Part shown: positions 9,589 to 18,645 of the stretch, piece by piece
Numbering within the stretch: the first letter of the stretch is position 1
Layout of the letters: every line of letters begins with the position of its first letter
Program-made: the position numbers and the translations under genes
Assembly (NCBI GenBank): GCA_947643245.1
Contig: CANRVI010000001.1
Location: 1-53,878 of the forward strand
From: an uncultured Clostridia bacterium
GTDB taxonomy: Bacteria; Bacillota; Clostridia; Oscillospirales; CAG-272
DNA length: 53,878 nucleotides
Direction: 5' to 3'
The notes under the pieces: model-generated
What the model saw: only the letters and a program-made list of their open reading frames with translations
Databases searched by the model: none
What the model was told of the DNA's origin: nothing

Positions 9589-10332
9589 TTAGACAGTCAG
9601 GTTTACCATACTTTTCATGTCATACAGTCCTGCCGGCTTGCCAACCAGGAACTTTGCGGCGGACAGAGCACCTTCCGCAAAAACAGCTCTGGATTCTGCG
9701 TTGTGCTCTAGGCGGATAGTCTGGTGATCCGTAGACAGGATTACCTGATGGGTTCCGGCTTCATTTCCCATGCGTAGGGCATGGATACCGATTTCCTCCG
9801 GTGCCCGTTTACCCATGCCGTGGCGTCCGTATACAAAGGTAGCGGACGGACGGACAGTTTTCAGTTCATCGGCAATCATTTCCGCTGTTCCGCTGGGGGC
9901 GTCCAGTTTTCGATTGTGATGCACTTCTACAATTTCAATATCGGCTCCGGGAAACAACGCTGCAGCGCGGCGGGCAAAATCTGTCAGGACAGCGATACCC
10001 AGGGACATATTGGCGGAGTAGAAAACCGGCACAGACTTTGCTGCCTCGAAAATCAAAGCCCTTTCATCCTCTGTATGGCCAGTGGTGGAAAGCACCAGCG
10101 GTAATGTCCTGCCTATGGCATAGGAGATCAGTTCCCGTACTGCGCTATGGTGGGAGAAATCGATGATCACATCGGCTTCTCCCTTATATTCAGCAATGCT
10201 ATGCATAGAAAAACCTTCTGCAAATTTGTCGATTTCTGCTGCCAGCACCGCATCGTTTATCGTTTCGGATACCTGCTCCCGCACGGCAGCGCCCATACGG
10301 CCGCCGGCGCCGTTTAAAATAATTTTAATCAT
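9589..10332 (-). CDS. dapB: 4-hydroxy-tetrahydrodipicolinate reductase DapB
   Basis: MIKIILNGAGGRMG Rossmann start and EIVEVHHNRKLDAPSGTA catalytic motif. It sits between dapA and lysA. Confidence 0.93.
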   Translation of the reverse strand: MIKIILNGAGGRMGAAVREQVSETINDAVLAAEIDKFAEGFSMHSIAEYKGEADVIIDFSHHSAVRELISYAIGRTLPLVLSTTGHTEDERALIFEAAKSVPVFYSANMSLGIAVLTDFARRAAALFPGADIEIVEVHHNRKLDAPSGTAEMIADELKTVRPSATFVYGRHGMGKRAPEEIGIHALRMGNEAGTHQVILSTDHQTIRLEHNAESRAVFAEGALSAAKFLVGKPAGLYDMKSMVNLTV

Positions 10333-10350
10333 AGATCATATTCCTTTATT

Positions 10351-11238
10351 TTATGAGATCAATCCGTGCGTACGCATAATTTGCAGCATTTTTGCTTCTT
10401 TGGCCTCATCCATGGGGGTTAGCGGCAGACGCAACGTGTTTTCACAAAATCCCATTGCGGCCATTGCGGCCTTCACGGGAATTGGATTAACCTCGGAAAA
10501 CAGCGCGCTGATTAGAGCATGATACTGGTATTGCAGACGGGCTGCCCCTTGGATATCCCCTGCGAAAAACTTTTCTGTAATTTGACATGTCTCCTTTGGG
10601 AGTACGTTGGAAAGGACGGAAATTGCGCCGATTCCACCTACGGACATAAGGGGGACGATTTGGTCATCGTTTCCGGAATACAGATCCAGCTTGCCGTAAA
10701 CGTAGGACATTGTCTCAACGATTTTGGACAGATTGCCGTTCGCTTCCTTGATGCCGCATATATTTTCGTGATCCGCCAGGATCCGGTAGGTGTCCGGCTC
10801 GATATTTACCCCAGTACGGGAGGGTACGTTGTAAAGAATTACGGGCGCGTCGCTCATATCCGCTATATCGGTAAACATTTTTACAAGCCCCTTTTGGGTG
10901 GCTTTGTTGTAGTAGGGTGTCACCACCAGCACCGCATCTGCTCCGGCCTCGCAGGCGCAGCGGGTCAAATCTTTTGCATATCCGGTATCGTTGGATCCGG
11001 TTCCTGCAATAATCGGCACTCTTCCAGCCGCCCGCTTCACTGCAAAAGCAATGGCGTCCCGGTGCTCGTCATCGGTGAGGGTGGAGGCCTCGCCAGTGGT
11101 GCCGCAGATTACCAGGGCATTGATACCGGACTGAATTTGCCAGTCAATAATCCGGCCAAACTGTTCGTAATCGATTCCTTCTTGGTTAAACGGGGTAATC
11201 AAGGCGGTGGCGATCCCTTTAAAAATAGTTTTTTTCAT
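10351..11238 (-). CDS. dapA: 4-hydroxy-tetrahydrodipicolinate synthase DapA
   Basis: MKKTIFKGIATALITPF..., GTTGEASTL, active-site context ICGIKEANG. The ORF opens at 11310, but that extension runs into the riboswitch leader, so the ATG at 11238 is preferred. Confidence 0.92.
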   Translation of the reverse strand: MKKTIFKGIATALITPFNQEGIDYEQFGRIIDWQIQSGINALVICGTTGEASTLTDDEHRDAIAFAVKRAAGRVPIIAGTGSNDTGYAKDLTRCACEAGADAVLVVTPYYNKATQKGLVKMFTDIADMSDAPVILYNVPSRTGVNIEPDTYRILADHENICGIKEANGNLSKIVETMSYVYGKLDLYSGNDDQIVPLMSVGGIGAISVLSNVLPKETCQITEKFFAGDIQGAARLQYQYHALISALFSEVNPIPVKAAMAAMGFCENTLRLPLTPMDEAKEAKMLQIMRTHGLIS

Positions 11239-11299
11239 AGAATTTACGATACCTTTCTGCAATTTGTATATACAAAATAAAAAAAGCCGACACACGGGC

Positions 11300-11507
11300 C
11301 GACTCTGCAAAAAAGCTAATATACCTATCGAAACTCGAAATCAGATAGCTCTCCGCAAAAGCGACAGTCGGAATGATCTTATTCATTCAAACCAGAACAG
11401 ATGTGACCACCATCTGTCTTCGGCATCTGCCCCTTTCCTGCGGACAACGGGCGGTCAACCCTATTGCGTTCTGCAGTACTCTTGGCACAATGCACCTCTA
11501 CCGTGTT
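11300..11507 (-). promoter_or_regulatory. lysine riboswitch (L-box) leader of dapA-dapB-lysA
   Basis: The minus strand reads ...GGTAGAGGTGCATTGTGCCAAGAGTA...GGAAAGGGGCAGATGCCGAAGACAG...CTGTTCTGG...CCGACTGTCGCTTTTGCGGAGAGCTATC. This has the L-box core motifs AGAGGTGC, GAAAGGGG..GCCGAAG, CTGG and TGTC. U runs follow at 11309-11314 and 11274-11286. Confidence 0.8.
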
Positions 11508-11513
11508 GCGGAT

Positions 11514-11542
11514 ATTGTAGCACAGATTTTTTTCTTTGTCAA
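11514..11542 (-). promoter_or_regulatory. promoter of the L-box/dapA operon
   Basis: Minus strand TTGACA (11542-11537), 17 nt spacer, TACAAT (11519-11514), just upstream of the riboswitch. Confidence 0.7.
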
Positions 11543-11610
11543 CAGGGAAGGCGGATTTTTCTGCATTCTGCTGGGGAAGGGTTGTCCCTTCTCCGTCCAA
11601 ACAAAGTTTT

Positions 11611-11630
11611 GTCCCCTCTGATGAGGGGAC
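11611..11630 (-). terminator. hairpin downstream of the MATE transporter gene
   Basis: GTCCCCTC-tgat-GAGGGGAC, an 8-bp GC-rich stem about 30 nt after the stop at 11663. The flanks are A/T-rich. Confidence 0.6.
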
Positions 11631-11662
11631 CTTTAAACTATAGGCGAGGAAAGCTAACTGCT

Positions 11663-13051
11663 CTATTCTCCGCCTAGTTTTTGCATCTTTTTAAATTCCC
11701 GGATTACCAAAAGGATTGCCAGAATTCCAGCAGCTCCGTCTGCAATAGGACCGGCATACATAACGCCGTCAATTCCCCAGAAAAGCGGGAAAATCAGCAC
11801 CAGCGGCACCAGAAAAATAATCTGTCTTGTAAGAGAAAGGAAAATTCCTTTGGTTGCTTTGCCGATGGAGGAGAAAAAGTTGGCGGTCACCGGCTGCAGA
11901 CCGTTGAGGAAGGTGCATAACAAGAAAATTCGGAAAAACTGTACTGCAAATTGATAGTACATTGCGTCTCCCGTACCAAATAGACTGATAATCGACCGGG
12001 GGAAAATTTGAAAGCATGCTGTCGCAAAAACGGCCATGATGGTGGCAAGTCCGGAGGCTTTTAAGTATGCTTCTTTTACGCGGCCAAATTTTTTTGCGCC
12101 GTAATTAAAGCTGATAATGGGCTGCGCACCTTGGGAAAGGCCAATGACCACAGAAAGAAACAGCATGTTTACCTTCATGACGATGCCCACTACGGCCAGC
12201 GGAATTTCACTGCCGTAAGGAGAATCAGCCCCGTAGTGCCGCAGGGTGTTGTTCATGAGCACTTGAATGATTGTAATGGCAAGCTGATTCAAGCAGGCGG
12301 CGGATCCGAGGGAGAGAACTGGCCGCAAAGCGCTCCATTTGGGGATCAGGTCTTTTCCCTTAAGGGTACGATTATAATATCGGGGCAGGTAAAACAAAAT
12401 CATACATGCGGAGAAAATTTGTCCTATTACCGTGGCCCAGGCCGCGCCTTCAATCCCCCAATCAAAGGCAAAAATGAACAGTGGATCTAAAATGGTGTTA
12501 ATAATAGCACCCGACAGCATAGCAAGCATAGAATAGGTGGGCGCCCCGTCTGCTCGGATTAGATGGCTGCCGCCGGTAGTAAGCATATAAAAGGGGAACC
12601 CGATGGAGGTAATGCCCACATAAGCCAGGGAATAGTCCAGATTTTGGTCTGTAGCGCCGCAGGCCAGGATAATGGGTTTTAAAAATATCCGAATTATGAT
12701 GCAGACGGCGATGCCCACAAGAAGCAGACTGCCGAATGCTGTGCCTGCGGTCTGGCGGGCTTTTTCTGCCTGCTTTCTTCCCAGGGCCAGGTTGAAGTTG
12801 GTCGCTCCGCCTATGCCTAGCAGCAGAGCCAGGGCAGTTGCGATGGTGGTTGTGGGAAATGCTACGTTCGTAGCTGCGTTACCCAGCATGCCGACACCTT
12901 GTCCGATAAAAATTTGGTCCACAATGTTGTAAAGGGAAGCCACTACCAAGCTGATAATACTAGGGATGGCAAATTTACGCAGCAGCTTTCCAACCGGGGC
13001 TGTACCCAGAGGATTTTCCACGTTAGGTTGTGCCCTTTCGACTTGTTCCAT
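11663..13051 (-). CDS. MATE family efflux transporter
   Basis: Polytopic membrane protein. The N-terminus PVGKLLRKFAIPSIISLVVASLYNIVDQIFIGQGVG is typical of MATE/NorM. The ORF opens at 13117, but GGAGGG precedes the ATG at 13051. Confidence 0.88.
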   Translation of the reverse strand: MEQVERAQPNVENPLGTAPVGKLLRKFAIPSIISLVVASLYNIVDQIFIGQGVGMLGNAATNVAFPTTTIATALALLLGIGGATNFNLALGRKQAEKARQTAGTAFGSLLLVGIAVCIIIRIFLKPIILACGATDQNLDYSLAYVGITSIGFPFYMLTTGGSHLIRADGAPTYSMLAMLSGAIINTILDPLFIFAFDWGIEGAAWATVIGQIFSACMILFYLPRYYNRTLKGKDLIPKWSALRPVLSLGSAACLNQLAITIIQVLMNNTLRHYGADSPYGSEIPLAVVGIVMKVNMLFLSVVIGLSQGAQPIISFNYGAKKFGRVKEAYLKASGLATIMAVFATACFQIFPRSIISLFGTGDAMYYQFAVQFFRIFLLCTFLNGLQPVTANFFSSIGKATKGIFLSLTRQIIFLVPLVLIFPLFWGIDGVMYAGPIADGAAGILAILLVIREFKKMQKLGGE

Positions 13052-13132
13052 AATACCCTCCATTTCCGCCAAAGGGGGGAGATAAACTTTCCCCGCTGCG
13101 ACATTTTTTAATACCATTTTGTAAAATAAGTA

Positions 13133-13153
13133 GCCTGAGCTGCGCTCAGGCTT
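13133..13153 (-). promoter_or_regulatory. terminator-like hairpin inside the 5' leader of the MATE gene (possible attenuator)
   Basis: AGCCTGAGC-gca-GCTCAGGCT, a 9-bp stem followed on the minus strand by ACTTATTTTA. It lies between the promoter (13177-13205) and the start at 13051. Confidence 0.45.
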
Positions 13154-13176
13154 TAAATAAGCAATTACGACATTTT

Positions 13177-13205
13177 ATTATAAAGAAAAATATTTGTTTT
13201 GTCAA
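13177..13205 (-). promoter_or_regulatory. consensus sigma-A promoter for the MATE gene
   Basis: Minus strand TTGACA (13205-13200), 17 nt spacer, TATAAT (13182-13177). Confidence 0.7.
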
Positions 13206-13234
13206 CAGGAGGGGCAGTCTGGAAAAATAGATTT

Positions 13235-13278
13235 CATAGTCAAGAAAACAAATTTTCAGACTGTTTTTCTTGACTATG
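13235..13278. promoter_or_regulatory. 16/17-bp inverted repeat overlapping the recA -35 box (candidate operator)
   Basis: CATAGTCAAGAAAACA-aattttcagac-TGTTTTTCTTGACTATG. The arms are complementary apart from one extra T. The right arm contains the recA TTGACT. Confidence 0.5.
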
Positions 13279-13298
13279 CATCCCCTATGCTATATAAT
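13270..13298 (+). promoter_or_regulatory. recA promoter
   Basis: TTGACT (13270-13275), 17 nt spacer, TATAAT (13293-13298), about 100 nt upstream of recA. Confidence 0.7.
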
Positions 13299-13400
13299 AA
13301 GAAGTAGAAATAATTAAATTGCCATACTGTTGCCATTCGCCGGGCCAAAGGGATCCGAGACTGCAAGCGGGTATGGTTTCTAAGGATTATTTGGAAAGGC

Positions 13401-14525
13401 ATGGTTGTAATAATGGCACAGAAGAAAAAAACGGTTGCCCCGGCGGCGCAGTCCGCGTCGGAAAATAAGAAAAAGGCGCTGGAAACAGCGATTTCCCAAA
13501 TTGAAAAAAGCTTTGGACAAGGTACGATCATCAAGATGGGAGAAAATCCAAAAATGAACGTGTCCGCCGTTTCCAGTGGATCCTTGGGACTGGATATCGC
13601 ACTTGGAGTCGGCGGGTTTCCCAGAGGCAGAATTATTGAAATATACGGACCGGAATCCTCCGGTAAAACTACCGTGGCTCTCCACGCTGTGGCAGAGGTT
13701 CAGAAGCTGGGCGGAGAAGCTGCGTTTATTGATGCGGAGCACGCTTTGGATCCTATGTATGCGAAGGCCCTTGGTGTAAACATCGACAACCTTTTGGTGT
13801 CGCAGCCGGACTCCGGTGAGCAGGCGCTGGAGGTGTGCGAGGCTTTGGTTCGTTCCGGCGCGGTGGATATTGTGGTTATTGACTCAGTCGCGGCGCTGGT
13901 GCCTCAGCAGGAAATCGAGGGCGATATGGGTGCGTCCCATGTAGGACTTCAGGCACGGTTGATGTCTCAGGCTCTTCGAAAACTGTCGGGAACTGTCGCC
14001 AAAACAAACTGCATTGTAATTTTTATCAACCAGCTACGCGAAAAGGTAGGCGTAGTGTACGGCAATCCGGAAACCACCACCGGCGGACGGGCGCTGAAAT
14101 TTTACGCTTCCGTGCGGTTGGAAATTCGTAAAACGGAAGTGCTGAAAAATGGCTCGGAACCAATTGGAAACCGGGTAAAATGTAAGGTGGTCAAAAACAA
14201 AGTTGCGCCGCCCTTCAAGGTGGTGGAATTTGATATTCTGTATGGATACGGTATTTCCAAGACAGGTGAAATCGTAGACCGGGGTGTGGAAACCGGCGTC
14301 ATGGACAAAAGCGGGTCCTGGTATTATTACAACAGCGAGCGCATTGGCCAGGGCAGAGACAATGCCCGTAAATTTTTGGAATCTAATCCGCAGCTTCTGG
14401 CTGAAATCGAAGAGAAAATCAAGTCTCTTGGCACCGAGCAGGAGGAAGAACTGCCGACAGCAGGCTTGGAGGACGAGGAAGAGCTGGATATCCGGCTTTT
14501 GGACATGGCACTGGATGAAGATTAA
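13401..14525 (+). CDS. recA: recombinase RecA
   Basis: [23 protein letters not shown], Walker [30 protein letters not shown]. The alternative ATG at 13413 cannot be excluded. Confidence 0.97.
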   Translation: MVVIMAQKKKTVAPAAQSASENKKKALETAISQIEKSFGQGTIIKMGENPKMNVSAVSSGSLGLDIALGVGGFPRGRIIEIYGPESSGKTTVALHAVAEVQKLGGEAAFIDAEHALDPMYAKALGVNIDNLLVSQPDSGEQALEVCEALVRSGAVDIVVIDSVAALVPQQEIEGDMGASHVGLQARLMSQALRKLSGTVAKTNCIVIFINQLREKVGVVYGNPETTTGGRALKFYASVRLEIRKTEVLKNGSEPIGNRVKCKVVKNKVAPPFKVVEFDILYGYGISKTGEIVDRGVETGVMDKSGSWYYYNSERIGQGRDNARKFLESNPQLLAEIEEKIKSLGTEQEEELPTAGLEDEEELDIRLLDMALDED

Positions 14526-14548
14526 TATACATAGAGTGAGGATGAATT

Positions 14549-15679
14549 TTGATTTGCAGCAGCATTTCATTCTGCAATTACCGTAATATTTCTCTGGAAA
14601 CTGTCTCGTTTTCCAAAGGAGTCAATGTGCTTTGGGGTAATAACGCACAAGGAAAGTCCAATATTTTGGAAGGGATTTACTTTTTTGCCCGCGGCCGGTC
14701 CTTTCGGGGAGCTAGAGAGCGTGAACTGATTCGATTTGGTGAAAAGCACGCCGAACTGTCGTTGACCTTCCAAAAGGAAGGCGCAGTTTATCCCGTGACT
14801 CTGGAGGCCGATTTGCCTCAGACAGGCAGGAAGATCCTGCGCCGGGGAGGCGCGCGACTTTCCGGAGTACGGGAACTGATCGGCGCTTTTCGTGCGGTGC
14901 TGTTCTGCCCTCTTCACCTGTCGCTGGTAGGCGGTGGGCCGGCGCTGCGGCGTAATTTTTTGGATATTGCCCTATCCCAACTGTATCCTGGATATCTGGA
15001 CAGCCTTTCCCGGTATAATCGAATTCTGGTCCAGCGTAACGCACTGATTAAGTCCGGCGGCAGTACGGATCAGGCGGTTTGGGAGGTATATGGACGGCAA
15101 CTGGCCCATTTGGGAGCGGATATAGCGGCCCGCCGCCATACGTATATGAAGATGTTGGAAACTCATGTGCGGGAAATTTTTGAAGGGATGACAGACGGAA
15201 GAGAGGCTCCGCGGCTTACATACCAGTCCAGCGCGATCCCGGAGGGGGATGAACCGGACGAGGCGAAAATCCGAAAAGAAGGTGAAGCGCGGCTGTTTTC
15301 TTCTCTCACCGGATCCATTGAACGGGAGATGCGGTACGGCGCTACCTTATACGGTACCCATAAAGACGATATTGCCATTCGTCTGAACGATAAGGAAGCA
15401 AGAACTTATGCGTCTCAAGGGCAGCAGCGCAGTCTGGCGTTGGCAATGAAGCTGGCGGAAGGGGAACTGGCAAAAGCTATCGGCGGAGAATACCCGGTGT
15501 TTTTGCTGGATGATGTACTCAGCGAGCTGGACGGACAGCGCAGGGCATTTATTCTGCAGGCGCTGACAGACCGGCAGATTATAGTGACTTCCTGCGAGCC
15601 GGCATATTTTGGTGCGGATACGGTACATATGCTCCATGTGCAGGAAGGTAAAATTATTGGATCGGAAAAGAACGCATAG
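14549..15679 (+). CDS. recF: DNA replication and repair protein RecF
   Basis: TTG start 7 nt after GAGG. Also NYRNIS..., Walker A GNNAQGKSNILEGIYF, signature SQGQQRSLALAMKLAE and Walker B VFLLDDVLSELD. Confidence 0.9.
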   Translation: MICSSISFCNYRNISLETVSFSKGVNVLWGNNAQGKSNILEGIYFFARGRSFRGARERELIRFGEKHAELSLTFQKEGAVYPVTLEADLPQTGRKILRRGGARLSGVRELIGAFRAVLFCPLHLSLVGGGPALRRNFLDIALSQLYPGYLDSLSRYNRILVQRNALIKSGGSTDQAVWEVYGRQLAHLGADIAARRHTYMKMLETHVREIFEGMTDGREAPRLTYQSSAIPEGDEPDEAKIRKEGEARLFSSLTGSIEREMRYGATLYGTHKDDIAIRLNDKEARTYASQGQQRSLALAMKLAEGELAKAIGGEYPVFLLDDVLSELDGQRRAFILQALTDRQIIVTSCEPAYFGADTVHMLHVQEGKIIGSEKNA

Positions 15680-15732
15680 ACGCACAAAAGTGATACGGTG
15701 CATTGCACCAGCAGAAAGAATGGGGAGGGAAC

Positions 15733-16383
15733 ATGCAGTATCAAATTACGGATATCTATGAAACGCGAGCGGGAATCTCTGTGGTGTTATCTTGTGACGG
15801 CGGAGACGAAGCGGAAAAGACTTTGCTGTTCAAGCCTTCTTTGTGGCTGGAGGAAGGGCTGCAAGCCGGTGATGTTGTAGATGAAGAGGGAATAGAGCAT
15901 CTATGCGCCACAGCTCAGTTTTGCCAGGCGATTGCACGGGCAGAAGGACTTCTTGCAAACTCTGACTACAGTCGTACCCGGTTGATCTATCGGCTCATGC
16001 GGTATGATTTTGAGCGGGCCGTATGTGAACGGGCGGCGGATTATATGATTGAAAAGGGTTATATCCGAGAGGCGGACCAAACCTTGCGGATCGCCCGTTT
16101 TTATTGTAAAAGCAAGCATTGGGGAAAAAAACGGATTGCAGCGGAGTTAATGGGCAGGGGGTATTGCCATAAGGCGGTAATGGACGCGCTGAATTCTCTC
16201 AGCGATGAGGAGTATTTTTCTTCGCTGCTGCAATTGGTAGAGAAAAAATATGCTGCGCCCTGTACGGACGACAAAGAAAAGCAGAAACGGATTGCTGCTT
16301 TGTCCCGCCTGGGATTTTCCTTTGCAGAGATCCAGCGGGCATTTGAAGAGATCGGTGTTTTGGAAGAGAGTGTGTCCCCTTGA
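15733..16383 (+). CDS. recX: RecA regulator RecX
   Basis: Three-helix-repeat protein (..SRTRLIYRLMRYDF...AADYMIEKGYI...RIAAELMGRGY...) in the usual position near recA. GGAGGG precedes the ATG at 15733 (the ORF opens at 15703). Confidence 0.8.
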   Translation: MQYQITDIYETRAGISVVLSCDGGDEAEKTLLFKPSLWLEEGLQAGDVVDEEGIEHLCATAQFCQAIARAEGLLANSDYSRTRLIYRLMRYDFERAVCERAADYMIEKGYIREADQTLRIARFYCKSKHWGKKRIAAELMGRGYCHKAVMDALNSLSDEEYFSSLLQLVEKKYAAPCTDDKEKQKRIAALSRLGFSFAEIQRAFEEIGVLEESVSP

Positions 16384-16459
16384 AAACAATGTTTTTAACG
16401 GGGAATCATTGTAGTAGGATTTATGCGGTGATATACATAGAAAGGATCGGATCAATAGT

Positions 16460-17812
16460 TTGGCACAGAATAGTAAAGGAAAAGTAGGATTTGTTTCCCT
16501 TGGATGCGCAAAAAATCTTTGCGATACAGAAGTGATGCTGCATCGTCTGATGGAAGCGGGATACGAGATCACTCCGGAAGAGACGGAAGCAGATGTGGTC
16601 ATTATAAACACCTGCGCGTTTATTGAAAGCGCTAAAAAAGAGGCAATTGACAACATCTTGGATATCGCGTGGCTCAAGGAGCATGGATCCTTACGGGGAT
16701 TGGTGGTGGCCGGATGTCTGCCGGAGCGATATCGTGAGCAACTGCTGGAGGAAATGCCGGAGATTGACGCCGTGATTGGCGTGGGAAGCATCGACAAAAT
16801 TGAAGAAGCGGTGGAACGGGCTATGAACGGCGGGAACAAAACGGAAAAATATTGCTGTCTGCCCGATAAAGATGCCTGCGCCCTTGGGGGAGACCGAATT
16901 ATCACCACTGGCGAAGCATTTGCTTACATAAAAATAGCAGAGGGATGCAACAACTGCTGTTCCTATTGCGCCATTCCTGGAATCCGCGGGGGACTGCGCA
17001 GTCGTCCCATAGAGGATATCGTTGCGGAGGCTCAAGGACTGGACGAGATGGGTATTAAGGAACTCATTGTCATTGCCCAGGATACCACTGTGTATGGATT
17101 GGACCTGTATGGGGAATATGCTTTGCCCAAGCTGCTGCGTGCCATAACGGAAAACACACAAATTCCGTGGATACGGATTTTATACTGTTATCCGGACAAA
17201 ATAACAAAGGAACTGGTTCAGGAAATCCGGGAAAACGACCGGATTGTAAAATATATTGATTTACCGGTGCAGCATATCAGCGACAAAATGCTTATAGCTA
17301 TGAATCGCCATGGAGACAGCGCCTGCATACGGGATGCAATTCGGCGCCTGAAGGAAGCTGTTCCGGATATTGTCATCCGTTCTACGGCCATTGTAGGCTT
17401 CCCAGGAGAAGATGAGGCAGATTTCGAAGCGCTGTGCCAGTTTATCAGTGAAGGGCCTTTTGCTCGGTTCGGCGCGTTTCCTTATTCCAAAGAAGAAGAT
17501 ACGCCTGCCTATTCGATGGAGAATCAAGTCGACGAAAAAACAAAGCAGGAACGGTATGATATTCTCATGCGGCACCAGCTCGCGATTAGCGAAGCATTTC
17601 AGCAGTCTCTTGTAGGAGATACCGTGGAGGTGCTTTGCGAAGGGTTTGATCCGGTTTCCGAGTCCTATTTCGGCAGAAGCTTCCGGGAAGCCCCGGAAAT
17701 TGACGGGAAAATTTGGTTTTCTGCAGCAAGAGAAGTGCAGGAGGGGGAATTTGTCCTTGTCCGTATTACAGAGGCGATGGACTATGATCTGGTAGGGGAA
17801 GCCCAGGCATGA
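16460..17812 (+). CDS. rimO: ribosomal protein S12 methylthiotransferase RimO (radical SAM MTTase)
   Basis: N-terminal UPF0004 domain (VGFVSLGCAKNLCDTE), radical-SAM CxxxCxxC (CNNCCSYCAIP) and a C-terminal TRAM domain. The TTG start is inferred. Confidence 0.85.
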   Translation: MAQNSKGKVGFVSLGCAKNLCDTEVMLHRLMEAGYEITPEETEADVVIINTCAFIESAKKEAIDNILDIAWLKEHGSLRGLVVAGCLPERYREQLLEEMPEIDAVIGVGSIDKIEEAVERAMNGGNKTEKYCCLPDKDACALGGDRIITTGEAFAYIKIAEGCNNCCSYCAIPGIRGGLRSRPIEDIVAEAQGLDEMGIKELIVIAQDTTVYGLDLYGEYALPKLLRAITENTQIPWIRILYCYPDKITKELVQEIRENDRIVKYIDLPVQHISDKMLIAMNRHGDSACIRDAIRRLKEAVPDIVIRSTAIVGFPGEDEADFEALCQFISEGPFARFGAFPYSKEEDTPAYSMENQVDEKTKQERYDILMRHQLAISEAFQQSLVGDTVEVLCEGFDPVSESYFGRSFREAPEIDGKIWFSAAREVQEGEFVLVRITEAMDYDLVGEAQA

Positions 17813-18645
17813 TTACAGTAGAAACGCTTTTTTCCGGATCCAGCGGGAACTGCACGCTCGTTCGCACAGAGAAAACTGCCGTATTGGTGGACGCCGGCAA
17901 AAACTGTAAAGCGGTGATGTCTTCCTTGGAAATGCTTGGCATGACTTTGTCCGATTTGTCCGCCGTTTTTGTAACCCATGAACATAGAGACCATATCAGC
18001 GCTTTAGATGTAATGATGCGGCGCAAAGCCATGCCTGTTCACGTCACTGCTCTTTCCGCACCAGAGTTGTGCCGGGGGCGCAGTGTGGGAGAGACGGCGG
18101 TTGTGCACCCAGGACTCTTGTACGAGGCGCAGGTAGGGGATTTGGCGGTTCGTTCCTTTCCTCTGCCCCACGACAGCGCCGGTCATGTGGGATATGTGTT
18201 TGCAGATGCGCACGGGGATACGGCTGGGATTGCCACCGATATGGGATATGCCACTATGGATGCATACAATCATCTGCGCCGCTGCCGCACGGTAGTTCTG
18301 GAGGCCAATCATGATATAGATATGCTCCGTATGGGTCCCTATCCCTTTCCCTTAAAGCAGCGCATCCTATCCCAGGGCGGCCACCTTTCCAATGCGGATT
18401 GTGCTGGACTGTGCTGTGGACTGGCGAGAAGCGATACAAAGCGGATTATTTTGGCCCATCTCAGCCATGAGAATAATACCCCTGAGATAGCGTATCAAAC
18501 AGTACGTGCAGCGCTGGACCGGGAGGGCCATACCAATTTTGCCCTTTCTGTGGCCATGCGTGACCAGCCGGGCTGTGCAGCGATCCCTTGCGGCCAAGAG
18601 GAACGGCATCCCTTATGGGGCTTCCGGGAGGAAATAATTGTATGA
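17809..18645 (+). CDS. MBL-fold metallo-hydrolase (YycJ/WalJ-like)
   Basis: VTHEHRDH (HxHxDH) motif. Its ATG overlaps the rimO stop (ATGA) and its stop overlaps the rlmH start. Confidence 0.85.
   Translation: MITVETLFSGSSGNCTLVRTEKTAVLVDAGKNCKAVMSSLEMLGMTLSDLSAVFVTHEHRDHISALDVMMRRKAMPVHVTALSAPELCRGRSVGETAVVHPGLLYEAQVGDLAVRSFPLPHDSAGHVGYVFADAHGDTAGIATDMGYATMDAYNHLRRCRTVVLEANHDIDMLRMGPYPFPLKQRILSQGGHLSNADCAGLCCGLARSDTKRIILAHLSHENNTPEIAYQTVRAALDREGHTNFALSVAMRDQPGCAAIPCGQEERHPLWGFREEIIV

Noticed and set aside
11207-11677. ORFs of 156, 82 and 73 aa in the dapA-MATE intergenic region.
   Set aside because: The region is explained by the L-box riboswitch, its promoter and the MATE terminator. The ORFs have no RBS and their translations are implausible.
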